DNA of 64,000 bases, from positions 14,880,001 to 14,944,000 of the forward strand of contig JBHGNT010000007.1 in assembly GCA_043228905.1 (NCBI GenBank). The letters are read 5' to 3'. Of this stretch, positions 13,701 through 24,904 are shown one piece after another. A model generated the notes under the pieces. That model ran no database searches. It saw only the letters and a list, made by a program, of their open reading frames with translations, and was not told where the DNA came from. Position numbers and translations under genes: made by a program. This DNA is from Azolla caroliniana (Eukaryota; Plantae; Polypodiophyta). Numbering within the stretch: position 1 is the stretch's first letter; every line of letters begins with the position of its first letter.

Positions 13701-14255
13701 TTCTTCATCGAGTTAGCCTTGTGTTTCATCACCAAGGCTGGATCTTTACCGGCTTTTCCGGTTTTGGATCCTCTCGATCCTTCTGCGTAGTGCGAGTATT
13801 GCCGGTTCTCTCTGTCGGCCTTATCGGATCCGGATCTATCCGAATCGGCGCGCTTCTTCTAGCACTCGCTTTCTTTGTGGCCCTTATTACCACAGTACCA
13901 GCATTCCGAGTCGGCCTTTGCTTGCCGGCCTCCGGCCCTGCCTTCACTCCCCCTTCTTGTGGAGGGTCCGGAACTGTTGTCGGCACGTTCTCTGTGCCTT
14001 CGGTCCTACTCTTGCCGGCCGCTACCATTGCAAGCCGACCCACCTCGTCCACCACGTCCACAGGGCTGATTCGCCTTTGTGTACAACATCCGGTTGTCGG
14101 TGGGTGTACTTGTTGACACACCGGTGTGGTTCTCCACAAGGAGCATCCAGTTTAAGTCGAAAAATGACGGCGTATTCTCCCTTGTACACACAGCAGTTCG
14201 GAACGCTCTGAACTTTGACGCCAAACCTCCAAGACAGATTTGCACCATATCGGCT
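10797..14255 (-). repeat. Tandem array of ~3.75 copies of a 924-bp gag C-terminus/zinc knuckle/protease unit
   Basis: CACCATATCGGCTTC recurs at ~11471, 12395, 13319 and 14243; the junction peptide is FILDTNE|ADMVQIC. Confidence 0.97.
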
Positions 14256-14759
14256 TCTTCGATATTCACATCGATGGAGGCCAGAGAGTCGCAAATGTCC
14301 TTGATTTTGGAGGTGTAGTCTGCCACCGACAAGTCGCATTGTCGTAGGTTGGTCAGCTCCTTCCAAAGTTGAAGCTTCCTGGCTATAGTGCTTGCGGCGA
14401 AAATCTTGTTCAGATTTCCCCAAGCATCTTTCGGCGTTTTTGCATCCTGAATGTAGCTTAGGAGTTGTTCGCCCACACAAGACGCGAAGCAGTACAGTAC
14501 TCTGCTTGCTGATTGTCCCACAGTAGGAAAGCTCTATGTGTCGATTCGGGTGTAGTGTCATTTGCTCCGTCGACATAGCTCCAATAACCGTGCCTGAGCA
14601 GGTACTGGTGTATCTTGTAGGACCAAGACGCATACTTGTTTCTGTCGAGCTCCTCCGTCAGAAGCGAGCTAGCCATGCCTATATCCATCGGTTTTACCTG
14701 TTCTTCTTGGTTGGTTTTCCTTTCAAGCTATGTCGGCTGTAGAGGTTCTCAACACTCTC

Positions 14760-14771
14760 GCTCTGATACCA
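14760..14771 (-). promoter_or_regulatory. Primer binding site of B (initiator tRNA-Met)
   Basis: TGGTATCAGAGC abutting the LTR end. Confidence 0.95.
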
Positions 14772-14859
14772 TGTAAAGAATAGCGTGCGGAAGCAAGTAG
14801 AAAACCGAAGACAGAAAAATACGCAGGTTTAATGGAGAGCTTGAATATACGCAGTACGC

Positions 14860-14908
<49 letters not shown>

Positions 14909-15224
14909 CACAAGACTCTATTCTGAAAATAAGAGTTCTCTGTAATACTCTGTACATCATATGTGTTCAGTGAACATTTTAATACAAGTCCATATGGACT
15001 GACAGAAGTACGGTGTACTTCAATGCTCACACAAGCGTCTGACACTAACTATGAGACATTAACTACCTAGTAGTCTAGGCTGCTACTAGGCTTCCAGTTA
15101 ATGATGGATCCGGCTAACCGGCTCCCCAGCTCACCGGCTCACCGATCCGGCTTATCCTTCTAGATGTCGATCCGGCTCAGGCTTATTCAGCCGATCCGGA
15201 TCCAGTTGAGCTTGCTGCTTAACA
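14772..15224 (-). repeat. 5' LTR of B
   Basis: TGTTAAG...TTTACA on the minus strand; contains a (CT)n tract; matches the 3' LTR. Confidence 0.93.
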
Positions 15225-15821
15225 CGTAAGCCAAAACGAAATTGCTCCATCAGTGCCTGGTCATCCCATAGAATATTGGTGGCAAGAAGACGGAAATCCG
15301 CAGCATAAGCCGAGGCCGGCCGCTCACCTTGACGCAATCTTCGGATTTTGTTGATTATTGTTCTAACACTATCGGTATCTCCAAAACATGCTTTTTTCTA
15401 ACAGGGGGGTGAACCATGCCAAAGTCGTGCCACTAAGTAGAGTGCCTACTAGTCCCACTTGTGATGCATCGGTGAGATATCGAGAAGGATGAATTTGAAT
15501 GACTAATCGTACCTGATTAAGGAATCCTCTAAACTGCGATTGCATTCCATCGAATTTCATAGGAAGGCCAATCTTGGGTTCTTTATGAATCCCTCGCGTA
15601 TTGGGTCCTTGTTGTTGTATCGCTACTAAGGTTGCTTCGAGTTGTTGCACGCGTACCACTAGTTGCCCATGTTGTTGTTGTGTCTGTTGCTTGTCTAAGG
15701 AGATTTGTTGAAGATCCCCCAACAACCGTTGATTTTCTTGTTCCAAAGCAAGGAACTTCTCTTTCAAGCATTGCAGCTCTGAGAAAATGGATTGATATTC
15801 TTGAGCGCTAACAGTGGCCAT
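15225..15821 (-). pseudogene. gag: Gypsy retrotransposon gag (frameshifted)
   Basis: Retrotrans_gag-type motifs P.KFDG and L.QG....AY...FR. Confidence 0.85.
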
Positions 15822-15904
15822 AGTATGAGAGAAAAGGGGAATAAGAGATTAGTATGAAGGGAGGGAGAAGTAAGAAGATAAAGGAGGAGAAGGAAGGAGA
15901 GGAG

Positions 15905-15917
15905 CAAATCGGTTCAA
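15905..15917 (-). promoter_or_regulatory. Self-priming-type PBS of element C
   Basis: TTGAACCGATTTG lies 2 nt after the LTR and is the perfect complement of 16161-16149 at the predicted transcript start. Confidence 0.8.
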
Positions 15918-16340
15918 ACTGTCAGGAGCAATACTAAGATAGAGAAGTATTGTCATGAACAGTACTAAAACAGAGAATGATTTAGTACTAAAAGATGAGG
16001 ATTAGTACTAAGGGAGGTGTAGAACTCTCGAGAGAAGGAAAGAGTGAGAGGGTGAGAGAGTGAGAGAGAGAGAGAGAATGAGTATAACAATAGATATATA
16101 TTATGTTAAGGAAATATACAATAGGAGCTAGGAGGCTTAAGACTGGCGTTGAACCGATTTGGTTCGAAATAATGCCTTGTGCCTCCTTTTATAGTGTTCT
16201 CAGGAGTACTCCTGAAGTTTCTAGAATGTTCCAGAGAAATCTGGAATATACATCAATTTTCTATAGTAAAACTTAAATGAAAATAATATCCTTCGTATTA
16301 CAAAACATAGCCTAATGGTAAGAGCTCGACCCATGTAACA

Positions 16341-17076
16341 TAACGTCAAGAGTCGAGTCTTGTCATATCAGGACAGAAGGTAGTCGAACATGATTGCAAC
16401 GTGAAGTACACAGACTTCGATAGGTGCATTCGAATGGTGGCTCAGACGATTCTGTCGAGTTTCTCCCATTCAAGCGACTTGTATGCTTTTGGAGCATTTT
16501 CGTTTTCGATGGGGTCGATTTGAATACCAAAGAGCCATCGTTGTAGAAACACCAAACCAAAACCCTAACTCTCGCACTAAGGAAAAGAAGAGGGTAACAC
16601 CTGAAGCTCTAAAACACATGAACCCTAACTCAACCAAGAAGAAGGTAAACCCAAAACCCCAACCTCATGAAACCTAGATCACATAAAGAAACCCAAAACC
16701 CTAAATCTCCCATGAACTATCACAAGATGAAGAACCAAAACGAACTACTAAACCTCCACTCAAGAAGAAGGAATCAAACCCACAAGACAAAGGAGAAGAA
16801 GAAGAATACCTAAAATGAAACCCTAAGGAAAATAAGAAGAAGAGAAAACTACCAAACCCTAGAGATAAGTGGTATACCCCCCTAACTCAAAATGGGCAAC
16901 CCTTCACAAGAGACCCCTCCCTCCTTTTATAGTCCAAGGAGGGAAGGACGTTACAATGTGGGATAAATATCCCCTATTATTTTATATACATTTCCTAATG
17001 TACATGTGCACATATTGCACATCGACTTTGCCCATTCCATCTGGTTTTCTCACCATAGCCGGAAATCTTCACGACA
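16341..17076 (-). mobile_element. Element I: partial LTR of the E-type gypsy family, inserted in the LTR of copia F
   Basis: The minus strand starts TGTCGTGAAGATTTCCGGCTATGGTGAGAAAACC, like 17342 and 52045. CTATAAAAGG at ~16932; flanked by GCGT. Confidence 0.75.
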
Positions 17077-17341
17077 GCGTACTAGGCTAGATTTGTAGGC
17101 CACTAACGGCCTATTGGTTACAATCCGGTCCATCTCTCCGATCCGGCTCCTAGTTCCGGACACTGATTCGTTTTCTTTGTTCCGGATATTGATCTGGCTC
17201 TGGCTTATTCAGCCGATCGAGATCCGGTTGAGCTTGTCCGCTCAACACTCCCCCACAAGCTCAACTTATGGTCGGATCATGGTGTTAGTGTTTGCCTAGC
17301 TTTATAGTCAACTTCTTCTAGAGTCTTCACACCTTCCTCGC
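17077..17341 (-). mobile_element. Element F (left piece): copia 3' LTR start, PPT and 3' internal end
   Basis: GAGCTTGTCCGCTCAACA|CTCCCCCACAAGCTC matches the LTR/PPT junction of A and B. Confidence 0.75.
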
Positions 17342-17597
17342 TATCGTGAAGATTCTGGGCCATGGTGAGAAACCGGGGAAAATCGGAAGAATCGGCGGAG
17401 TGCATAATGTGCACTCACCCTTGTTAAAACGTGTGAATAATAGGGGGGCCTTAATGGCGCCGAGTAAGAGTTAATTTGGGACAGAGAATCCCTTGTAAGT
17501 CGGGATTTATCCCACCTTGTTCTATAAAAGGGAGGGTGTGGCCCTTGTAATGGGGTGAGGTTCCATAGCTTCCCCTTCGTGGGTTCCATTTTAGTGT

Positions 17598-17988
17598 TGT
17601 TGAGAATCAAGCTCAACTTGGTCTAGTGTGTGAACTCACCTTGAGAGTGAAGAGACACTCCAACGGTCAAGAGTCACCATTATGTCACCACTTTGTATTC
17701 TAGCATTTAGTATGAGTCATAGAATCATATTCTATGACACATAACTTATGAGCTTTCACATTCCCCATGCTCCATGAGGCTTGTAGTTAATGAAGAGAGA
17801 GGGTGACTACATAAAGCACCCTCCTCCCACCTTGTATAATGTTAAGTCTTTCTCCTTTGTCAATATAATTTTACCTTGCGTATTCTCTGTGTATTACTCC
17901 TTGTCTCTCTCACTCACTCTCTCTCTCTCATACACACAGAGTTCACACCTATTCCGCTTCACAAGAATCCATCTCTTGATTCTTTACA
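17598..17988 (+). mobile_element. Solo LTR of the A/B copia lineage
   Basis: TGTTGAGAATCAAGCTCAAC...TTCTTTACA; TSD AGTGT/GGTGT. Confidence 0.8.
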
Positions 17989-18188
17989 GGTGTTAATAAA
18001 CTTCTGTGCATAACATCCATTTCTATCTTCTCTTCATCTTGGGGTGAGTTGTCTCTATTCTTTGTTAGGGGTTTGGTGTCATCTATGTGCGTGCGTGGGC
18101 GGTCTGTTCAGTTGTGGCAGGCGGCGCACGGACTGTCTGCGCCTTTCGTGAGTTCCTGCTTGTTGGCTTCTCAGCACTCCACGGTCCG

Positions 18189-18191
<3 letters not shown>

Positions 18192-18235
<44 letters not shown>

Positions 18236-18250
18236 GGTGGGTGGGTGGGT
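18192..18250. repeat. (GT)n plus (GGGT)n microsatellite
   Basis: Direct reading of the sequence. Confidence 0.9.
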
Positions 18251-18328
18251 GTTGGCTTCTATCGGTTGTGACGAGCCCGCGCGCTAGGTGGTTCGTTGGT
18301 AGGTTTCCCTCCTTGGCGCACAAGACCC

Positions 18329-18749
18329 TGTTACCGGCCGGCAAGGAGTCCAAAATACGGAGTGAAGGAATTAATTAGATATGGTTGTAAATGAGCATAG
18401 TGTGGACGGACGGACTGGAAACGGTAGGCCGTTCCAGATCCGGACGGATCCCGAATAGGTGCGAGAGGCACCGTTTTGTACTACGGGCCGGAAACCTATT
18501 TAAAGGCCCGGACCCCATTGTAATGACAGCGGATAATTAATACAGTTTATGATGTTTATACTTCTGTCTTGATTTCCGTTCTGTATTTTACTGTTGTATC
18601 TTACGCGTGTAATTAACCAAAGCAATCTAATCGTGTAACCTACGTAAGTCGGTGTAATCGTTGAATCTTAATCCTATGCCGTAATCACCCTTTGGTGAAG
18701 TGTCTCCGTGACACCTTGTGTTAGGCCTTGTCCGGCTAAGCAAATAACA
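18329..18749 (+). repeat. Left LTR of D
   Basis: TGTTA..TAACA ends; TATTTAAA at ~18497. Confidence 0.97.
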
Positions 18750-18982
18750 CGGAGCAGCAGCAGCAAGCAGAGCAGGAAATTCGCTCGGATCGTTCGTTCT
18801 CCAACGAGATCCGGAGAGTCACGGAGGAATCTCTCCGGTTACGGCAAACTCGCGACCAGGACGACGGCAGCAGTCTAAGTAGTCTCCGGGAAACCGAACG
18901 ACTCCTGGAGGCGCTGGCAAGCGGAGAAAACGAGGCAGAAGCCTTTTCAGCCTACGAATCGAATTCCGAAGGGGGATACAGC

Positions 18983-20782
18983 GTGCATACGAACTACCGG
19001 AGCAGCAACGATAACCCCGGCGGCCCGGAGGACGACGGGTCGGATACCGTGCCGACTCCAGAACCGGAACCGCGCAACCAGGGCTATCCGGAACCACAAA
19101 CGGAAGCCGTCAACCCACCAACACCGGAAGTGGAAGAAGCAAAGCCACCGACACCAACGAAAGAGCCGGTGAAGGAACCGGAAAAAGAACTGGAAAAAGC
19201 ACCGGCAAAAGAACCGGAAGTGGAACCGGAGAGAAAACCGGAAAGATATCAACAAACGCCACTAAACCGCGGCCTAATACTGGACGACGACATGCCGTTC
19301 CAATATTCAAAGTATCGCGATGATCCGGACGCGGAAGCGCATGTTCATGACTTCGAGCAGACGTGGGAAGCAAATCACACGTCCCAGCGAATGACACCGG
19401 AGGATGAAGAACGCTCGAAGATAGCGGAATTCGGAGTCACGTTGGAGGGACCGGCGACACGATGGCGGCGGACGCAGGACCCGGCGACCATCACAACCTT
19501 TGCAGAATTAAAAGCAAAATTCTTGCATTTCTTCCACAAGGAGGTCGACCAGACGACAATGGTGAGCCTGTTTTATACGATCCGGCAGGAGGCAGGGGAA
19601 AGCATTCCCCAATTCGTCATCCGTTTCCAACGAATGCATAGCCAGCTTGCCCGTGCACCCCCGGAGGAGGAATTACGGACGATATTTTTAAACGCACTCC
19701 GGGAACCGTTACGCACGGTGTGTACGGTAATCGACTTTCGAGGATGCACCATCGACCAGGTCATTGACCGGGTCAGAGAAATGGAAAAGACAAGCTCATG
19801 GCTTACGCTGGGAACACTGCAACGGGCGTTACCCACCGAGGAAGATCTCCGGTTCCGGCAGGCAATTCAATGCACAATCTGCTTGAATGCTGGACACTCG
19901 GCAGTAGAGTGCACCATGCGCACTCAGTGTGTGATTTGTCAATCCAAGAGTCATACAACGGACCGGTGCGAGTACAACCTGTTAAATCGACAAGCACCAC
20001 CCGTCCGACGGATCGAGCCAAGAAACAGCCGAGACGAAGATGACGATCGTTGGCAAAGAATGAACCGGTACCCACCGGCACAGGATGTCCGGTACGGAGA
20101 CAGGCAAGAGAATGATGGCCGGTACGGGAATCGGCGTGATAACTACGACCGGTATGAGCGATCGGACCGTTATCGGGAGCTCAACAGACGACACGAGCAA
20201 TACGACAGAGACCATTCCCCTGGTTACCGAAGGCACCAAGAGGACTACGGCCAATTTTACGATCCACCACGACCGGACTACCGAAATAAAAAGAATAATA
20301 AGAAACGTAATTTCAAGAAAGGTGGTCATACTAGGGACCCGGAACAGGGAACCCCAAGGAGCCAACCGGCACAGAACGCACCACTCACTACGGGACCAAC
20401 TCCGGATACCAACAAAGCTGAATCCAGCAATACCCGTAAAGAGTACTGCTATTACTGCAGGCAGGAAGGCCATTACAGTAACCAGTGCCCGGCAAAGAGC
20501 TACGATAAACGACCGGCAGTTAATATGGTGGTTCCGGAAGTGACGGATATACAGCAAGTAACCACACGGTCGAAAGGCATGGCCAAAGAGTGGGAAACAC
20601 AAGAGGCCATACGAAAACAGGCGACGGAATGGGTGAAGGAAGCCAATGAAAGGAACGTCGCGGACACGGAACGGCAAAAGGCGAATACCATAGGGAGTGC
20701 CGGCGGTAGCCACCCAGAAAACGAGACATGGCAAGCACTGCAAGAATGTCAGATCACGTTGCCATTAGGAAGACTCTTGTAG
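18983..20782 (+). CDS. gag: Gag of D (capsid-like domain, three CCHC knuckles); true start uncertain
   Basis: IRQEAGESIPQF motif; CTICLNAGHSAVEC, CVICQSKSHTTDRC and CYYCRQEGHYSNQC. Confidence 0.88.
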   Translation: MHTNYRSSNDNPGGPEDDGSDTVPTPEPEPRNQGYPEPQTEAVNPPTPEVEEAKPPTPTKEPVKEPEKELEKAPAKEPEVEPERKPERYQQTPLNRGLILDDDMPFQYSKYRDDPDAEAHVHDFEQTWEANHTSQRMTPEDEERSKIAEFGVTLEGPATRWRRTQDPATITTFAELKAKFLHFFHKEVDQTTMVSLFYTIRQEAGESIPQFVIRFQRMHSQLARAPPEEELRTIFLNALREPLRTVCTVIDFRGCTIDQVIDRVREMEKTSSWLTLGTLQRALPTEEDLRFRQAIQCTICLNAGHSAVECTMRTQCVICQSKSHTTDRCEYNLLNRQAPPVRRIEPRNSRDEDDDRWQRMNRYPPAQDVRYGDRQENDGRYGNRRDNYDRYERSDRYRELNRRHEQYDRDHSPGYRRHQEDYGQFYDPPRPDYRNKKNNKKRNFKKGGHTRDPEQGTPRSQPAQNAPLTTGPTPDTNKAESSNTRKEYCYYCRQEGHYSNQCPAKSYDKRPAVNMVVPEVTDIQQVTTRSKGMAKEWETQEAIRKQATEWVKEANERNVADTERQKANTIGSAGGSHPENETWQALQECQITLPLGRLL

Positions 20783-23700
20783 CTCGTGCCGCGATTCACG
20801 GAAGGACTAAAAACGGTCATGACAGACGGTATAGCCCCACCGGCACCAGTCCTCTTCTCGAATCCGGAGGAGGGACCGACAGTGGTGGACACTAGTAGTC
20901 CGGTGATTACAGCTATTGTCAAAGGGCACGAACTTCCCGGTACCGTAATCGATGGAGGTTCCGGAGTGAACGTAATAAGCCTCCGCACGTGTGATGCCTT
21001 GGGTATACATGAATGGGAGCCATGTCCGTTCTGGCTACGAATGGCGGATATGAGCTCTGTACGGCCAACGGGCTTAATACGGAAATTGGAGGTCACCATA
21101 GGAGGTCACACATTTCACATCTCGGCTGTAGTGCTGCAGCTACAGGCGCAAGGCGCGTACCCACTGTTGCTGGGCAGACCATGGTTGAAAACAGCACACA
21201 TCAAGCAAAATTGGCGGAAAAATATGATTACCTTCCGGCGCGGAAAAGCCAAGGTCCGGGTACCGACACAACCACGGACGAGCAACGGTAAGGAATGCAC
21301 ACCGCTGTATGCGGAATGCGTGAACATGCTTGAAGGGTTGGCAGACGACGAAGAAGCTCAGTACTTGGAGGAACACCCAAAGATCGTACCACTCTTCGAG
21401 ATCGACGTAGCTGAAGCCGTAGCCCCATACTTGCCGCAGCGGGACGACACCGAAGCCGAACTAGACAAAGATGCGATTCGGGAATTACGGCAAGCACAGG
21501 AAGCATTGGAACGGGAAATGGCCGTTTCCCAACGGGTAAAAGCATCCCAGCTCGACGAAGTGAACCTAGGAAGCAAGGACGAATCAAAGCCGGTTCACAT
21601 CGCCAAGGAAATGAAGCCGGAAGAGAAAGCGGCGATGATCAAACTTCTCACGGAATTTCGCGACGTATTCGCCTGGTCATACGAGGACATGCGAGGGCTG
21701 GACCCTCAACTATATCAGCATCAGATCCACTTAGGCAAGGACGCGAAACCAGTGGCGCAAAGACGTTACCGAATGAACCCCAACTACGCCGCCAAAGTAA
21801 AGGAGGAAATCGACAAACTCCTAAGAGTGGGCTTCATCCGGCCGGTAAAGAAAGCGACGTGGCTGAGCCCCATCGTCGTCGTCCCCAAGAAGAACGGTAA
21901 AATCCGTGTGTGTGTAGATTACAGGAAACTAAATGCAGCCACAATTACGGATGCATTCCCTCTTCCGTTCACGGATGGAGTACTGGATGCCGTCACCGGC
22001 CATGAAGTTTATAGCTTTTTAGACGGCTTCAGCGGATACAATCAAATCCGGATGCACCCCAACGACCAGGAGAAGACAGCGTTCGTCACCGAATGGGGGG
22101 TGTTTGTGGCCGAAGTCATGATGTTCGGCCTAAAAACGGCACCAGCAACTTTCCAGCGAATCATCATGGAGATCTTTGGCGAATACATTCCTGCCTTCGT
22201 GCAAGTTTTCCTGGATGATTTTGCAGTCTATAGCCGGGGAAAAGACCATTTGCAGCACCTACGGTTATGCCTTGAAAAGTGTAGGTTATACCGGCTAAGC
22301 TTAAACCCAGCAAAATGCATCTTTGGAGTTTCAAGTGGAATCTTATTGGGACACATTGTAAGTAAGGAGGCATTGCGGTCGACCCGGACAAAGTAAACGC
22401 GATACTAGGGGCACCGGCGCCGAAAACGGCCAAAGCACTAAGCCGATTCTTAGGACAGATCCGGTGGCACAGCCGGATGCTCCGTCACTTGGCTGACTTG
22501 GCTACACCATTACACACCGCGGTACATCGGACACCGTTCCAATGGACGGATACGGAAGATAAGGCATACAATGCCCTGAAGGTACTTTTATCGCAAGCAC
22601 CCGTCGTGCAGCCTCCGGATTGGAGCAAGGAATTTCATGTGTTCGTGGACGCTTCCGACATCGCTATTGGCAGCGCTTTAATGCAACTTACGGAGCCTAA
22701 ATGGTACCGGCCGGTATATTACGCCAGCCGGAAGCTGTCACAAGCGGAGAAGAACTATTCCACGACGGAACGGGAGGCCCTGGGCATGATCTACAGTGTA
22801 ACAAAGTTTCGTCATTACCTATTGGGAAGGAAGTTCTCCTTTCATGTGGATCACTCGGCGCTCCTGTACTTAGTGTCCAAGGCGTCCCTGACCGGTAAGT
22901 TGGCCCGTTGGACCTTGCTGTTGCAGGAGTTCGAATTCGAGATCTTCCACCGCCCCGGTATCCAGCATGCCGTAGCAGACTACCTGAGCCGGTTAGAGTC
23001 CGGAGAAGCAGGCGACGGAGTAGCGGATGAATTCCCGGACGCAGAGTTATTCCGTATCACCCCGGAAACGGCAGCGGACGACACGGTGGCATCAGAAGAT
23101 AGGTGGCTGACAAACATGCACCAGTTCGTAAGCACGGGCCTGCCACCGGAGGAAATGAACCGGGACGAGAGGAAACAACTGGCGGTGCAGAGCCGCAATT
23201 TCTGTCTGTTACGGGACACTCTCTACCACAAAGGAGCAGATGGAATATGGAGACGGGCAGTCCGTAGTGACGAGAAAGAAGTAATCTTACGGGAAGCACA
23301 CTGTGGGGTTGCCGGAGGACACTATGCCGGGGAAGCGACGGCGAGAAAAGTATGGCAGAGCGGCTTGTGGTGGCCCACGACGTTAAAAGACGCCGTCAAG
23401 TACGCTAAGGAATGTGACCTATGCCAACGAATGGGCCAGCCTACGGAGCAAGCACGGATGCCACACCAACCGGTACTTCCACTAGAGCCATTCCAGAAGT
23501 GGGGGTTGGATTTTGTCGGACCGTTCAAGCCACCGGCAATGAGAACGGGTAATCGTTATGTCATAGTGGCAACGGATTATTGCACTAAATGGGTGGAAGC
23601 TAAGGCCCTGAGAGACAACACCGCGTCATCCACAGCAAAATTCCTGTACGAAAACATTTGGTGCCGATATGGATGTCCGATTGAATTAATCAGCGACCAA

Positions 23701-24531
23701 GGAGGGCACTTCCTCGGCCAGGTAGTGGAAAGCTTAACAACGTTCTATGCCGTGGTCCACAAACGAAGCACACCGTACTACCCACAGGCGAACGGGTTAG
23801 CAGAGTCCACCAACAAAACGCTGCAGAACATTCTCCGCAAAATCGTCAATGAAAACCGCACGGACTGGGATACAAAGCTCCATAGCGCGCTATGGGCGTA
23901 CCGAACGGCATACAAAACAAGTATCCGGACAACACCGTTCCGGTTAGCATTCGGCTTAGAAGCGGTCATGCCGGTGGAATTTCAGGTACCAAGCTTACGG
24001 ATCCAACTACGGGAACGGCTGAATGAAAAGAAGTCGGAGGAAATGCGGCTAGCAGCACTATGCGAACTGGAGGAGCAACGGCTGGCCAGCATCCTACACA
24101 TGGAACTGGAGCAACGATGACGGAAAGCGTTCGTTGACTGTCACCGGAAAGGTAATGAGAAGATGTTCGAAATCGGAAAGCCGGTGCTAGTATTCTAAAC
24201 GAGGATGGGCAAGATGCCGGGTAAACTCCGGTTCAGATGGACAGGCCCGTATTGGCTGACACGGGAATACAACGGGTCCTATCAGATAGGGACACTTGCC
24301 GGTGAAGTACTAGGCAAGTGGGTGAACGGATTTCGACTAAAGCCCTATAAAGGACCGATGCCAAAGAACCCGTTTATGCAGCTCACCGGCACTACACCGG
24401 GAACCTGTCCGGGATCGGTACGGATCGGTCCGGAAGAAAAAGACGACGGGGAACCAGTAGCAGAGGCGAAGGAAGACACGGCAACCCGTAAGGAAAACGG
24501 TAAGGGTCCGAGGGGACCTACGGATGTGTAA
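20783..24531 (+). pseudogene. pol: Pol of D (PR-RT-RNase H-INT) with one frameshift and two stops
   Basis: VIDGGSG; RVCVDYR, MMFGL and FLDD; FVDAS and EREAL; HHCC, LDFVGP, SDQG and NGLAE; WTGPY. Frameshift ~22370; stops at 24118 and 24196. Confidence 0.93.
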
Positions 24532-24904
24532 GGTCACACACCGTCATTAAAATAAAAAATAAATAAATAATAAAAAATCATTAAAAATCGAGGTATGAAC
24601 GGGTGTGAAAGCAAGGCGCGAAAAGGTACGTAGTGGGCATTTAAGAGCCGCCACGTACTTAATACTAAATCGGTACACGACGTGCGCATGCTCGAAAAAA
24701 GGCGCCAAGACGCACAGAGAAAAAGAAGAGCGCATGGAGACCTTCTTTTTTCGCGAGCCAAGAAGCACAGAAGCACCAAGGCAGTGGAAGCTGAGCAAAC
24801 GCGAACCTGCACGCAGAGAACCCCCGCGCTCAGAACGCTCTCTCTCTCGCTCTCACTCTCATCACCACTCTACTTCGCCATCTTCCCTCAACCTAGAAGC
24901 AGAC

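Larger units (their letters stand above)
8472..15224 (-). mobile_element. Element B: non-autonomous Ty1/copia (same lineage as A) with an internal tandem array and deletions
   Basis: 5' LTR 14772-15224; PBS TGGTATCAGAGC 14771-14760; PPT 8783-8794; 3' LTR 8472-8782 cut at its GA tract by LINE K. The integrase core and part of RT/RH are deleted. Confidence 0.95.
15225..16340 (-). mobile_element. Element C: Ty3/gypsy (chromovirus Tcn1/Tf1-like) 5' LTR plus gag, interrupted by B
   Basis: gag 15821-15225 (EPKIGLPMKFDG..., RQGERPASAYAADFR). LTR ~16340-15920 (TGTTAC..TGACA), with TATAAAA at 16193. Confidence 0.85.

Noticed and set aside
10797-14255. Functional poly-protease polyprotein from the in-frame array
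   Set aside because: Every unit carries the same TAG after G(R/W)QE.
18750-18775. Tf1-like self-priming for D
   Set aside because: No complementary CTGCTGCTCCG sequence was found in the LTR.
20780-20788. Programmed stop read-through between gag and pol of D
   Set aside because: The context TAG CTC GTG lacks a CARYYA-type signal. LL*LVPRF is best read as a CAG>TAG mutation, like the other stops in D.
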